Positions 49,929-64,000 of a stretch of DNA of 64,000 nucleotides are shown piece after piece (positions within the stretch are counted from its first letter, which is position 1; the number at the start of each line of letters is the position of its first letter). The translations under genes and the position numbers were made by a program. Location: contig OZ176053.1 of assembly GCA_964247055.1 (NCBI GenBank), positions 9,734,001-9,798,000 on the forward strand. Direction: 5' to 3'. The DNA is from Paragordius varius (taxonomy: Eukaryota > Animalia > Nematomorpha). The notes below the pieces were generated by a model. The model searched no databases. It had not been told where the DNA came from and saw only the letters and a program-made list of their open reading frames with translations.

Positions 49929-52729
49929 TAATTCATGTGAAAAATTTACATATAACGGAAAAGTTGATTAAATCTTTATTTCCGTTATTTACCCCATTAA
50001 TTGATTGTATCCAATGTAGTAAAAAATTACATAATTAAAAAGAAGATAAACGGCGGCATGAACGCACATTTTTATGCTTTGTCATTTCTTTCCCTCATTT
50101 CATTTATAACGTTATGTACATAATAATATTATTTTCACACAAACGCTTACAATAATTAAAAAATACACTACTAATTGTATTCGTATTTGGATAAGCACAA
50201 TTTTTGAATAAAGGTATATTTCATGTAAGAATAAATTTATAAGCGAAAATTAAGTGAATAACGAAATAGACATAAGGCAAAAGCATATGACGTAATAGTT
50301 TATATTTTGAAAAAAAATATAAGTATTATAACTGTCTGTTGATATGAATGAATAATTTAAGGCAAAAAAGCATTTTTTTCATCAGTATGTAAATTTTATG
50401 AGAGAAAGAAAAAGTATATATATTATTTATATTTATACCTAAAAACCAATTCACAACATTTGTTTGCACAGTTATTTTTTTATTTTATATAATATAACAA
50501 CATTGTTTATAAAGCTTGAGTGTTGCAGACACATAAATATGGAGTATGTAAAACTAGGTCCGTTACTACAATATTAATTTCCATCATTCATCATTATATA
50601 CTTTTTTTCGCAAATAAAATAATTTAATTCGATTTATGATGTACAAAAACGTTAAGTATGTAGCCTTCATTGTCTACAATGAGTTCGTGAGCTCGCTCTG
50701 TCTCTCTATACACTGTGTACATAAGAAAAATAGTAATATGTTCATAATAATTTATTCGTCATCTTTTATCATGTAGATGAACCATGAAATATGCATCGTT
50801 AAAATTCCAAAAAATCTTTTCGGCCTTATCTACGTCATAATTAATAATATAAAAGTTATATTACACATATATCTTTTATTCTCTAGTGATTAAATAATTA
50901 ACACTATTAACTTCAAGAAAGATTCACTAAATGGCTAATCTGTGCAATTCATAAATCATTCTATTTTTGCATAATTTATTTAAAATATTCCATTATAAAA
51001 GTTCAAATATCAGTAGGCAGTAAACAGCCATAATAATACTAATTTCATGGGTAATTTAAAATTAGGAAAAAAAACTAATCTGTAAAATATTGCCTAAATT
51101 ACTGCATAAATAAATTTAGAATCATGGAAAACTACAACCGCGACCCTTAAAATGCCTTTTAAGGCTCTTTTATTAATATATACGGTGTACTAGCGCTTCA
51201 GACAAGAAAAACTTTTTTTTCGGACCTATATCATCAACTTAATAAGACCCTTTTTCAGTTAAAATCGTTTAAAGCACCTTCTACCAATCTACTGGTTTTT
51301 GGGCAATATGAAGCTCTCAAATTGAGCTAACGAAAAAAAAATTTAAAGATTTTTTATTATTTCAATAATATTATTAAATATTATTTGATATAAACTTAAT
51401 ATTAATTAAAAATTTATAATTCATATTTTTGGGTCATGCGGCGGATAATGATCGATGTATTTGGATTCAAGGGGGTTTATTATAAATATTATATTTTAAC
51501 TGAAACGCGGATGGTAAACATTCTGGTCAACAATATGGGTATATTAGTTCCGTGCTTTTTAGAACTCACCAGCAGTTAATAAAAATCAAATTATGATATT
51601 ATAAATCGATTTATTAAATTATATAATTTGGTTTTAATTATTTATTTTTTCGCGATAATATAACAATCTTGATGCTTTAAATTTAAATCGCTCCCTCCTA
51701 TTCAGTAATGATGATTAATCAGAGATTTCAGCGTTTTGTGAATTCCGAACCGGAACACTGGCCTATTTCAATGACACCAAATAAAGTTTTCAACGGTTTT
51801 ACCGTTTTAAAAATGGAACCGTTGTATAATAGTTTTAAAAATTCTATGATTTCCTAGCATTTTGAATTGTAAATAGATGCACCAGGTCTAAATTTTTATG
51901 AATATTATTTAGAAATTACAAAAGCGGGTGATCTAAATAAAAATATGCTCCTATCTTAACAGTTCGTGACCTTTTGAGGTGTTTTATGTCCCAACCCGAA
52001 ATTCGAATATCTTAATTAGTAGTTATAAGGCAGAATTCAGAAAATATTTTCTTTAGCTTTTAAAGCGCATCCTTCATTAAAAAATTTTCTAAAAAATTAA
52101 AATTGTTAAAAAACCTTCATCTGATACATTTACGCCGCCATTTTATATCTTAAATTTTTACATTATACAATAGGCAAGCTAATATATATTTATGTAACTT
52201 CAGTAAAGTTCTAGGTACATTTTAGCAGCAAAACCTTTTATGGATTTTAAACTTTAACGGTAGTATATTTACAATAGTTAGCTCGATATAAAACTACCCC
52301 AATTGTCATCGCGGACAAAAAAGTGAAAATGTTAATAAAATATCTTTAAAAGGGCAAAATATATAAATAAAGTTTGAGGAAAGTCTATATCTTAGGTGCC
52401 ATTTTTATTTGGCAGTTAATTCGCAAAATATCTTAGATAAAAGCCCTATAGTTAAAGTTAATTGTTAAATAATCACATTTACCATTTATATCGACATAAA
52501 AATGGTTTTCGCATTCTTTTTCATGACATATTGTATAAATGTTCGCCTCCTGGTTTATCCATAAAATAGGTATTATAAAGTCATATATATGAGGCTATAG
52601 AATTGTAAATTTTGAAACGATTTCAATATGTACCATATTTTATATTTAATTTCCGACATGTCTGGGTCCTTCCATTTGTTTTAGGAGATATTAAGAAATG
52701 ATTTCCTTCAGTTAAAATGCCCCTAATAA

Positions 52730-55130
52730 CCAGTGTCGACAAAAAACCTGATGAAATATATATATTCTGATAGGAAAATATATCAGGATTATCACAGTGC
52801 TTTTGGTACTACCCCTACGAATAATATAATAAAGATATATACACTTTTGTGTTCATTGCTCCATATCAGAAAATGGCAAAATCTGCGCCTATTTTTTTAA
52901 ATTAAATTTTTTGATGAAAGCAAAAGGCTTCATTCCAAAAAATATTTTTAAAACCATGAACTACATATAAAAAGCCAAACAATATTTTAAAAATATTTAT
53001 TTTTTAGATGTAAGCTCCGAAAATCCCTTTTCTTCGTGCTTCTAAAATAAGCTTTCTTATAGATTGCGCGATATAATTTTATCTATATGCTAATTTACAG
53101 TAATTGTTATTTTTTAATATCAAGAATTTTTTATTAAACTGTGTGGCATTTTTTTATCCCTTGAAAAGTTGTTTTACAAGCATATAAAAAATAACATTTA
53201 CATTTATATTTAAATGTACATACATGTCCCTTTTCGGTACACATATATGAGAGATACATTAACATTGCAATATGTTCCTCTTCTCGCTACATATCTTATT
53301 ATAGAAATGGTAACATTGCATATGTGTTGTGCCTACTTCAATAAAAAATTAGGTTTGATATATCATTTTTTTTATAAAATTAGGTATTAATCAGTATGTT
53401 ATGTGTTCTGCATACTTTGATTATTAATTTATAAATTTTTTGTAAATATTAAGTTTTTATCAATAATATAGATGTATGTTTGCCATCTACATTAGATTCA
53501 AACTATGGGAACACATTGATAACTCAGACTCCAGAGATCAAAAAAAGTCAGGAAAGATGCCATTTCAATGTAGAAGAATTGATTTAACTCAAATTCTTGA
53601 AAATATTCAGCACATTCATTTTCTTAAGTATTATGAGCACACCAAAAAAATTGTCAAAAATATTTGCTTATATAAATTACCACTTGTAAAATAATTATAA
53701 ATGATATTATTTTACCATTTTTCGTCGACATTTCTTAGTTTAACTAATTTTAGGTGATATTAAATATTTTTATGTTTTATATATATTTTTTTAAAAAATT
53801 AAGTTTTTATCAATTAATTAAAAAATATTTCAGAAAATCATAACTTATATCATGTAAGACTATAAAAAAATATTTTTGAAATTTAAATATAAATCGTTTA
53901 TGTGCGTAATAAAACTTGTATTATACAAATTTAAATATTGATTTGATTTTGCTGACTTTTTTTGAAAACACTATATCACCTAAAGTATGCAGAACACATA
54001 ACATACTGATTAATACCTAATTTTATAAAAAAATGATATATCAAACCTAATTTTTTATCGAAGTAGGCACAACACATATGCAATGTTACCATTTCTATAA
54101 TAAGATATGTAGCGAGAAGGGGAACATATTGCAATGTTAATGTATCTTTCATATATGTGTACCGAAAAGGGACATGTATGTACATTTAAATATATATGTA
54201 AATGTTATTTTTTATATGCCTGTAAAACAACTTTTCAAGGGATAAAAAAATGCCACACAGATTAAAAAAAAATTCTTGATATTTTAAAATAACAATTACT
54301 GTATATCCAATAAAAATAATTTTTAAAAAATGCGAAATTCATGTTTAGCAAAATTTTGTTGAAGCGTGCTTCATACTATTTTGAGGCATGATTTAAACGT
54401 TAAAAACAATTTTAGATATTGAACACGTTTTCTATATAATTCGTTGGTGCTAAACGTTTCTATCTATTATAGATTTGATTAAAATATTGGTTCGTATCCA
54501 ATTTTAAATATAAATGTTTAACAAAAATTCACAAAAGTTAGAAAACAAACGGCTCTTTATATTGAGGTGATAGAAATGTTTAACATTATCGTCTTATATA
54601 GAAAAAGTGTATTTACAATATCTAAAAGTGTTTCTGTACCGTTTCACCATGCATCAAAATAGTATAAGGTATGCTTCAACAAACTTTTAATAAAAATTAA
54701 TTTTTAAAAAAGTATGCATTTTTTAAAAAATATTTTCAATCGATTTCAAAATTAGCATACATAGAATTGTTTTATTGCGCAATATTAGGATTTTTGCCTT
54801 TATTTTAGTAGAACTAGCCCATTTTTAAAGAGGGAAAGTTGGGAGTTTTGGAGGCTTCATCTAAAAATTCATTTTTTTAAAATATTGTTTTGCTTTTTAT
54901 ATGGTGATATTTTTTGGAATGAAGCAGTTAGCTTTCACCAAAAATAATATATTTTAAAAAATATGGGCAAATATGATATTCTGATATGGATCATTTATTG
55001 CAAAAGTGATAACTTTCTTATATCACTAGTAATGGCCGAAGTCAAAAGCACCATGATAATCCTGATACATTTCCCATCAGAATATATATTCATTAGGTTC
55101 TTTTATAAAGTCCCAATTTTTGACGCAATG
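52730..55130. mobile_element. Family F foldback element interrupted by a 1.2-kb insertion
   Basis: Degenerate ends CCAGTGTCGACAAAAAA and (reverse complement) CATTGCGTCAAAAATTGGGAC. Arms share CCATATCAGAAAATGGC, AACTAGCCC and AAAAGCACCATGATAA with 20440-21623. Confidence 0.6.
53098..54301. mobile_element. Young Tc1/pogo-type non-autonomous element with ~320-bp near-perfect TIRs and TA TSD
   Basis: TA|CAGTAATTGTT...AACAATTACTG|TA. Arms 53098-53418 and 53982-54301 are almost identical reverse complements. No transposase in the ~560-bp spacer. Confidence 0.88.
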
Positions 55131-56216
55131 TAAACTTAGATATTAAAATTTAACTGATATTATCAGCTTTAAGAAACTCTTTGATATTGCTCTAAGTGTA
55201 GCCCAAAATGTCATTAGGCTTTTATCAATAAATTAATATTGCAATGCACATTTTATAATAAGTTTTGGGCGGCAATTCTTACCACAAGCCTCATCTTATA
55301 TGAAATAACTTGAAATATTTATCAAACTAAACCTAAAAAAGTGTCAATGAACTGTTAGTCGCATTACAGAATGTTCACAAAAAAATATCCTATATAAAGT
55401 GAATTTTTGTAAAACAGCAATTTGTAATTAAAATAAATTTGGATGAACAAACATTTTCATCAAAATTCCAAGGGGCGGAAATGTTCAGCATCATCGAATT
55501 TTATACAAAAAGTGTATTTACAACTTAAAGCGTTTTTATGCCTCAATGTGCATTTTTCTAAAAATATTTTTTAAATGCCATAAATAGCATATGCTAAAAT
55601 ATTTGATCGCAAAATCTAGGCATCATTTATTTTAAAACTTCATGACCTTTTCAATTATTGTCCTAGTCATATGGGGCCCCGGAGCTCAATTTTGTGAAAA
55701 CAATTATGTTTTGAAATTTATTTTGGTTAAAATTATTATCAAACATTGCATTAATGAGAAAAAAAGCTTATATTTTTTTAGTTTTGTGACTACTAGAGTA
55801 TTAAATTGAGACAGCTCCTAAACAGGATTTAAACAAACAGCTGATATTTAAAATAAAAGACGTAAGGTTTTTGCTGGGAAAATGTAGCCTGAAAACTTTT
55901 TAAAGTTAAATTTTTACATTTTCCCACCATATAAATCTATTTGCCTGAATAAGAGATTTTAAATAAATATAGAAGAAAATTGTGGCAAAAAAGCGATGAG
56001 AATTTTAAAAAAAATTTGTAAATCTAGTTCTTTTAATAATCCATGAACTTTTGGCTTTATATTCCAGAGTGATTTGAAATTTGAATATTTAAAGAAGTAT
56101 TTAAGGTATTAAGCCGAATTTAATATGCTTTCTTAAGCCTTTAAGAGCATTATGAGGAGAGAGGGAACAAAATCTGAGTTCGGAACCCAAGTCTTGCTTT
56201 TAAATATACTATATAA

Positions 56217-56595
56217 TATACCATTTACAGTTCAAATTCACCCTTAAACAATTCAAATTCACCCTTAAACAATTCAAATTCACCCTTGAACAATTCAAAT
56301 TCACCCTCGAACAATTCAAATTCACCCTAAAATAAATAACGTGTTTTTTAAGATTAAAAATTACCTATATTTTTATATATTTTTAAAAAATAAAATTTTG
56401 TTTTAAATTAAAATAATACTGAAAAAAATAATTAATTATGCCATAAAGATATATTTTATATTAATAATGAATTATATTTGTTCGAAAACACATAATTTAT
56501 TTTTAGGGTGAATTTGAATTGTTCGAGGGTGAATTTGAATTGTTCAAGGGTGAATTTGAATTGTTCAAGGGTGAATTTGAACTGTAAATGGTATA
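56217..56595. mobile_element. Foldback-type MITE with 21-bp tandem subrepeats in both TIRs (intact copy)
   Basis: TATACCATTTACAGTTCAAATTCACCC x~5 ... x~4 GGGTGAATTTGAACTGTAAATGGTATA. Units are contiguous 21-mers with no spacers. Confidence 0.88.
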
Positions 56596-58193
56596 ATAAT
56601 ATTTTTAGGTTCAAATTTTTTATTGATGCTAAATAATTTCTTGAATAGTTTTATATCACAGAAGGATTAAAAATATCTTATAAAGTATTAAAAATATTTT
56701 TTAGGCGCATTTGATTTTTAAAATAAGTGTAAATTCCTAAAAATACCCCAATCACAATTATCGCCCCCATTTTTTATGTTATAAAATCGCTTATAAAGGA
56801 AATTAACACTTCTATTCAGATTGTGGTATCTAAATCTACAATCGGACTGAATATTTATAAAAAACTACGGATGGAAACGGTCCCAATTTATAAATAAGCT
56901 TCATCCTAATAAATATCATATAAATAATCCAAAATATCTAAATAAAATTTTGTTTAGAAAAAAAATTCCATGTCAAACTACTTCGACGCTTTTATTTTAC
57001 AAAATTTTGCAAAATATCCTCTCATTTAATTTTAAAGGTTAAATTAAAGCTGATTTTATATTTAATAGAAAAACAGGTATATTTTGTATTATTTTTCTAA
57101 TTTGTCATTGCAAACATGTCAGTATGACTAAATTTTAACCATTGGGTTTTATAAAATAAGTAATATTTAGTATTTTTGAATTTATTTTTATATATTTCGG
57201 TTTATTAATATAAGTGCAAATATGCCATTTGATTCTTTCCATATATTTTGAATTAAATTTTAAATAGGCCTGGGGTTTCCTGGCAATAAGGAGTGAAATA
57301 ATAAGTTGTAACCAAGTGTTCTATAGTGGTTAGAAAATGTAAATAATTAATAAAAAGTATGATTATATTTTATCAGCAGATACTGGATATTTATTGATTT
57401 TAAAATCAGCCGTTTATTTCAATTGTGTTTCGGGGTTGTTCAAAGAGGCTCTAGAAATTAAAAAAATGGAAAAATTTGAATTTGTAATAATTGGAGAAAA
57501 CATTTTCCATAATTCAATTTGAATCAAAATATTTTTATTGAAGTAGATTATATATAAGTTTGAACTTTAAGCTACAACTATTCCAAAATGGAAGCATCTG
57601 GAAAAACTTAAAGGTACAAAAGTTATGAACATATATAGGCATTTCGAAGAATCCTGATCATTTCTACCAGAATATATGTAAATCAAGATATTTTTATAGT
57701 CGCGATTTTATGCATATTTTAATGTTAAAGAAATATTTCAAATTCGTCTGGACCCTTTTAAAACTTACGGCCGCCATTATTTTAGAAATTTTTTTATATA
57801 AAATTGGTGGCTAATAAATAAAACTACTTTGTAAAGCTTTTGAAAAGAATATTACAATAAAAATTTTGAAATCAGCTTCTTTAGTCTAAATAAACTTGTC
57901 TGTAAATTAATAAGCTTGTTACAAAGATTAAATAAGAAAAGTTTTTGTGACAATTGTCATATTTATATCATTTATCACGGGTTTTAAGCTCTAGACAAAA
58001 AAATTCAAATATTATTCCTTGATTTAAAAAGGTTATGCGAAAGTTATGCTTTTAAATGATTGTTATAGACCAAAATTATAGTATTTAGGGAATAATAAGA
58101 CATATTAGGTGTGCAATCTCTTATATAACTTACTAATAATCATATTTAATTTGCTTCCTACCTTTACCCATGTGATATTTAAATATTTACCAC

Positions 58194-58963
58194 ATGAATT
58201 TAAATAATCTTCCAAACGGGTGGGAAGCCAGAGCCTTAAAAGATGGCCGGATATTCTTTATTAAGTTAGATCATTTAATATTTTAGCGAGGATTTAAAGT
58301 TGACTACATGGCTTCATCCAGCTACAGGATCTCCAATTAAAACAGGAAATTTCAAATCCAAAAGTAAAATCGCCATAATGTTAAGATTTGCCTCAAGGAT
58401 GGGAATATAATTATACAAAAACAGGCCACAAATATTATATAAAGTATATATTTTATAATAGTAAAGCCATAATATATGCAAAAATTTGAAATTGCCTCCA
58501 AAACATTCAAATCATATATCTGAAAATAAAACTCAGTCACCGAAAACGGATGGAAATTATTATATAAACATGGCCAGTATATACATGGGAAATATGGCAA
58601 AGCACAGAAGAATTTTATCTGATTGCGCCAATGTATCGGCTGCGCAGAAATCAGTCGATTTCAATATCGAAAGGTACAATTTTACATATAGATTCCATTT
58701 TAGTCTTTAAAATCACTCTTTCTACACAATCAACAATTATTATTTTAATTTTTTTATATTATTGTTTTAGTTATAAAATTTCTCCCATGTACTCCTTTGA
58801 AGAGACGTATTCGTCGATTAGAGATCCGGCGCATGCGGATTATGTTTCGACAGATGATTCAAAAACTACATCATTCACTTTCAAAGAAAATGGGGAGGCA
58901 AGTCGAGAGAATTCTTCAAGCAGTGGATGTTCCTCTCTCTTGCCCCATCAACAGGATCAAAAG
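58194..58963 (+). CDS. PLEKHA7: PLEKHA5/6/7-like protein, N-terminal tandem WW domains (5' part; PH-domain exons not found in window)
   Basis: Exons 58194-58264, 58287-58363, 58386-58443, 58467-58673 and 58771-58963 give MNLNNLPNGWEARALKDGRIFFINEDLKLTTWLHPATGSPIKTGNFKSKNLPQGWEYNYTKTGHKYYINHN. This matches PLEKHA5/7 FFINEEAKSTTWLHPVTG...DLPTGWEEAYT...YYINHN. Introns are 22, 22, 23 and 97 nt. The paralog cannot be assigned. Confidence 0.82.
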
Positions 58964-61419
58964 GTCAGAATTTTTCAAATATATATTTTTTATGGTTTGT
59001 AATATTTATTATATACTGACAGCTTTTATTTGAAGATTAATTTTACCAATTTATCCGTATAGTAAATTTAGCATAATGATTGTGCGGACGGAAAACTAAA
59101 TATTTTTTATCCCTACTTTTTTTCTTTGATAATGCGCTTATTCTAAAAGTGGACACAGTAAAGTCTTGCTATCTATTATTATAACCTATTCCAAATGTCT
59201 TTAGTACTCCGTTTATATTTATCCTACATTTATTGTTATTATCGTTCTTTAACAATTTATAAAATCTTTACCATCATATACTCTGTATATTGATTTAATC
59301 CTTTTTTTACATTCCATATTTACTCTCACACATATACATATATATATATATATATATAATGCAATTATTAAATTTAGACCACATAGATCCCTAGAATTTT
59401 ATTTTATACGTCTATGTTATCTTAAGTTAACTGAACACAGTGTTGAGCGTTGGTACATGTTTTGTTTCTATTGTTTCACAAAAATATAAATACTAATTTT
59501 TGTCCAGAGGAGACATGAGCGGACATATCAAATATAGTATGGTGAAATGCGTTTAAAATATTTATTATTGATATTATTTTATTTTTACACAACTTATATA
59601 TATATATATATATATATTGGAATTAATTTATATTTTTTTGACCAAAAAGATATTATATTAAGTTTGTTAACATATAAAAAATCCAAATTTTTATCACATT
59701 AGTCATACTTTTTTCGTTATAATTAATAAATAAAGATTTAAGATTCTTGTTTTGCGCACAAATGATGAATTTAAAAAATTATCTTTTGCATGGGTGATTG
59801 GTTAGCTTACACGGTAGCTGATAATAGATTATTAAAACTGAATGTGTTAGGCCTCCCTTTTTATTTCATTATTTTTAATGATTAAATTAAAACTAACACC
59901 CTAATTAGTGTTTTTTGAATTTATTTGTTTTTATCATTATTAGTTTTATAGCCAAATATTTTGGCAGTGTCGTTTGATAAATTAACTCCGATAGGCCTTA
60001 ATGTTAAATTTTACCATTAAATTAATTTTTAGAAATAATAAGCATCCGTTTTCAACGCACATATCACAAATTTTAAAAGTAATGGTAAAACCACATTTCT
60101 ATATGTATTACATTTGCAGAATTAATTAATAATTTTAATTTGCGGAACTTATAATAATGCAATATGATCCCTAATTTAATTTTACATATAAATTGTGGTT
60201 ATGTGCAAAGGAAACGAAAAAAAGATAAGATAAGGGATATTTTCCTTTAATTTACACTAAAATTATTTATGCATTTTTTGTAGATAACAGATTTTTGTTG
60301 ATTAGTACTAAAGCTGATAATAATTGCCCTTTACATATTTATATATTTTTGTAAAAAAGAAACGATCTTTATCATTACGTTTTAAATTTGAAATTTCTTT
60401 GGTTATATTTACTATTAAATATAAAAAGCATCCAATATTAATTTTTCAAAAATAAAAATATTTTATATAGAATATGGATTTATTTCAAAATCATATAGCC
60501 TTGTCAATTATCTCGAAATTTTTTTGTCCTTAGTATTTAATAAAAAATACTCTAATATTTTAAAATTATGATAGTTAAGTACCCACCAGATCGGAATGAA
60601 ATCATATATTTATATGGAATATATGTATAAAAAATATCTCTCCGAATGGGTAAATTTAGAATATAGCTCTATATAAATCTGTACATTATTAAAAACATGA
60701 TATATCTGAAAAATGATTGTCGTATAAACCTAAATTTATTAAATTGAAATATGATAAACAATTATATAAATTGGGAGTTATATTTTATTTTGATGTTAAT
60801 AATTATATTTGAATAATCTTTAAAATGGCCAGTGAATAAAGATACTAAGTTTGATAAAAGTACATTCATAAGATTTGATTCGGAATCGTTAAGCATGTTA
60901 AGTGTCAAACACATCTTAACCTCTGATTTACAAAAATATTTACTCTACTTACGACTTAAATTATTGAATATAATATCGCAATCAAAACATACGTAAACTA
61001 CTTTACTAAATAAACAATTACCGTTCTTAATATATATAATCGTTAACCAGGTGTTTTAAACAGTGTCGAATATTAAAAGCATCAGGTGTTACTAATTTTT
61101 TTTGTATTGTAAAAGAGTTATTAGTTATAAAAACACCAATGTACATACATAATAAAAGGTACTTTTGCCGCTAAGCTATTTCCTTTTTATATAGCTTTAA
61201 TTATCGTAAACCAAAAAAATAAGTTTTTCATCCTATGAAGGTATGAAGTTATAATAAAAAAATCACAAAACAAATCATGTATAAATAAATTTGATTTTAA
61301 ACAATTTGATTTGTAATGTGAGATGAGACACCATAATTAACAAATAAATATGGAATTGTATGCAGAATATATTGATATTGTGCTCACAGGAAACGTTTGC
61401 ACCTGTTTGAACAATATTA

Positions 61420-61586
61420 CAGTAGCGTATGGCATAAAACAATGTTAGTCCATAAAAAAATAAAATAAATGTTTTTTAAACAAGGAAGGGGATATGGATA
61501 TGTGCATACACAACTAGGGTTGTATTTTTAAAAACATTTTTTTTATTCTTTTATGAACTAAAAATGTTTTATGCCATGTGCTACTG
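61420..61586. mobile_element. Small MITE, CAGTAGCGTATGG family
   Basis: TA|CAGTAGCGTATGGCATAAAAC ... GTTTTATGCCATGTGCTACTG|TA. Confidence 0.75.
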
Positions 61587-61823
61587 TATTACTATTAAAT
61601 TAAGTTACATACTATACATTTGTAAATTAGTCTCACTGTAGAAAATGTTGATGTTAAAATATATGAGAACAATACGCATAAATGGCCTTATCGCCTCTAC
61701 ATTCTCTTTATTAATGCGACAACCATGGTCGTGCTACTTAAAATCAGCCATGAATTTCATCCATCATTAGTCGTAAAAAATAAGTGGTCTCCCCTACATG
61801 TTAGTTGAAAATTGTTTAAATAA

Positions 61824-62982
61824 AACTGCATCTAAAACCGGGAGATTCGAAAAAATATCCCAATGGAATATTATATATATAAATATTGATAGAAAAATAT
61901 ATCAGGATATCATGGTGATTTTGGTTATGGCCCTTACGAGTGATTCAAGAAAGTTATTAACACACTTATGGTACTTGCTTCATATTGGAAAATGGCAAAA
62001 TTTGCACACATTTTGTTAAACAAAACTTTTTCGATGAAAGTCAATGTTACATTCCAAAAAATATTGCTAAAATATACCATAAACTACATAGTAAAATAAA
62101 AACAATAAAACTATAAAATTTAATTTTTAATGTGGGCGCCGAAAGTCCTATATTTTTTCGCTTCTAAAATGGCCTTACTCTCAAAATAATCGCAAAATTT
62201 CCAAGATTTCCTCATAAAATTGAATATGTGCTAAATTATGGTATCAAAAAAATTATTTAAAAAATAGTTTTATAAAAATTTAATTTAACAAAATTTTGTT
62301 GGAGCGTACTTCATACTATTTTGTGGCATTGGAAACGGTAGAAAGGCGCTTTAAGAGATATATTTTCTTTATACTTCTATGATGCCAAAATTTACTTTTA
62401 AATTTTGGTAAATTTTTGTGAAAAACGCAATTTAAATTTACATAAATTTGAAGACGAATGAATACATTAATCGGGATTTTGAGATGATAGAAAATTTCAG
62501 CATTATCGAACTTCATGGTTAATTTGATAATATCTTAAAACGTCCCACCGTTTCCACCAGTCTCATATAGTGTGAAGTACGCTTCAACAAAATGTAGCTA
62601 AAAATTAAATTTTTGAAAAAATTATGCATTTTTTTAAATATATTTTTAGTAGATATCTAAAATTAGCATTTATATAAAATTTTTATCGCGTAATATCGGA
62701 TTTTTGCATTTATTTTATGAAAACTAGCTCAGTTTAAAAGCGCGAAAGAACTTGGAACGATCGGGACCCAAATCTAAATATATTTTTTTAAAATATAATT
62801 TCGATTTTTATATGAAGATTATAATATATTTCGGAACTATTTAGCTTTCACCAAAAAATTTTAATAAATGTGCGCAAATTTTGCCATTTTCTGATATGGA
62901 GCAATTACCACAAAAGTGTAAATCAAAATATATAATATATGTATATATATATAATCAGGATATTTATTTTGAGGACTCTGTG
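61824..62982. mobile_element. Family F foldback element, third copy (reverse orientation)
   Basis: The right end CTCTGTG (62976-62982) reads CACAGAG inward. Inverted arms (GAAAATGGCAAAATTTGCACACA / TGTGCGCAAATTTTGCCATTTTC; GGAGCGTACTTCATACTAT / ATAGTGTGAAGTACGCTTC). Confidence 0.65.
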
Positions 62983-64000
62983 TAAATGATATTTTAATAT
63001 CTCCATTCTTTAGAAAATGTAATTTTACAAATATTCGTCACTAAAAATAATTTAATATCAATATTTTAACTGGGTATATATTATGACATCTATTTATTAA
63101 AATGTAAAATATTTAATCCAGAAAACGTGTAGTGTCAAATGCAACAATAAATATTTTATCCTCATTTATATATTAACCGAGCATATGTGGGTTTTTTGAA
63201 TATCCATCTCATATTTTTAAAAAGCATTTATAATTTATATATGTAGTAAAATGTAATATGATGGCTTTGAAGCAATTATCTAATTTGCGACTATTAGAAT
63301 AAATGATATTTATTTGATTGGAAAATACGCAGATATTCGCGCTATTTTTTGACTAAGCGAATTAGTTGATCTTTTCCATGTAAAATAGGATTTTAATTCC
63401 AAAAAATCGTGCTTTTGAAACAATTTTATATGTGAACCCTTTTAAATTAGAATAAAGCGCATTGCAATTAGAAATTTATAAATATGAACTTATATCCCAT
63501 CTGAAAATCAGTTTTTTAGCTTTTATCGCTCCAACAGTAGCATGATCCCAATTTTCGATTCTGAAAAAACCGTATTTTACTCTTGCCAAAAATACCATAA
63601 GTTCAAAAACTACCCTTTTTAAATTATATAAACTGAGCTGATGTGGTTTTGTAGTTTGGTTCAACCTGAGTTGACCAATAAGTCATTTGTTTAGGCGCAT
63701 TTTGCAAATGTTTAACCGATGGTCTGTGTGTTTGATCCCTTGGCGCGCCGTTTAAGCCTACAAAGCATAACTCTCATTTTTCTAATTTTAATTTCCATAT
63801 GTTTTGCTTTTCTACTGTTTTATCTCCGCGATTCGGTGCAAATCAATAAGTCTATGGACGCGGTTTAAGAATATAATATTCGGCGCTTTTAGCCATAAAC
63901 TGCACCGTAAAGAATACAAAATTAAGTATACTATGCTAGAATATTTTTTAGGCCCAATAACTTGTCCGTTAGATTCTTATATTTGAAAATGGACCTGGCT

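Noticed and set aside
56221-56591. Regular 21-bp repeats resembling a CRISPR array
   Set aside because: Units are contiguous with no unique spacers, lie in inverted orientation at two ends of one element, and have no cas genes nearby; the context is eukaryotic.
63715-63760. GTTTGATCCCTTGGCGCGCC as a tRNA or SINE B-box
   Set aside because: No A-box, cloverleaf or second copy could be found.

Overview
Very AT-rich animal (metazoan) genomic DNA with spliceosomal introns; it is not prokaryotic, and no CRISPR, rRNA or tRNA was found. I assembled six genes by hand from GT-AG sites, phase continuity and family motifs: an ADGRA (GPR124/125)-type adhesion GPCR (+, 3405-17250, 5' end not found), an SPSB/Gustavus SPRY-SOCS protein (-), a CatSper1-like single-domain Ca2+ channel (+), CHCHD2/10 (-), Ski/SnoN (-) and the double-WW N-terminus of a PLEKHA5/6/7-like gene (+). 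A small secreted-protein gene is possible but weakly supported. Intergenic and intronic DNA is packed with DNA transposons: two decayed Mos1-like mariners, several MITE/foldback families, and a 6.5-kb nested element. That element has CACTGTG termini, a perfect 5-bp TSD, ~570-bp TIRs, a 23/12-nt end asymmetry like a V(D)J recombination signal, and a Chapaev3-like transposase remnant; a tandemly amplified non-autonomous Helitron sits inside it. Other highlights: 22-28-nt introns alongside kb-long introns, a CatSper1-like channel that has lost half of its S4 gating charges, and large Asn-rich expansions of conserved proteins. All homology calls are from motif recognition by eye; no database search was run.
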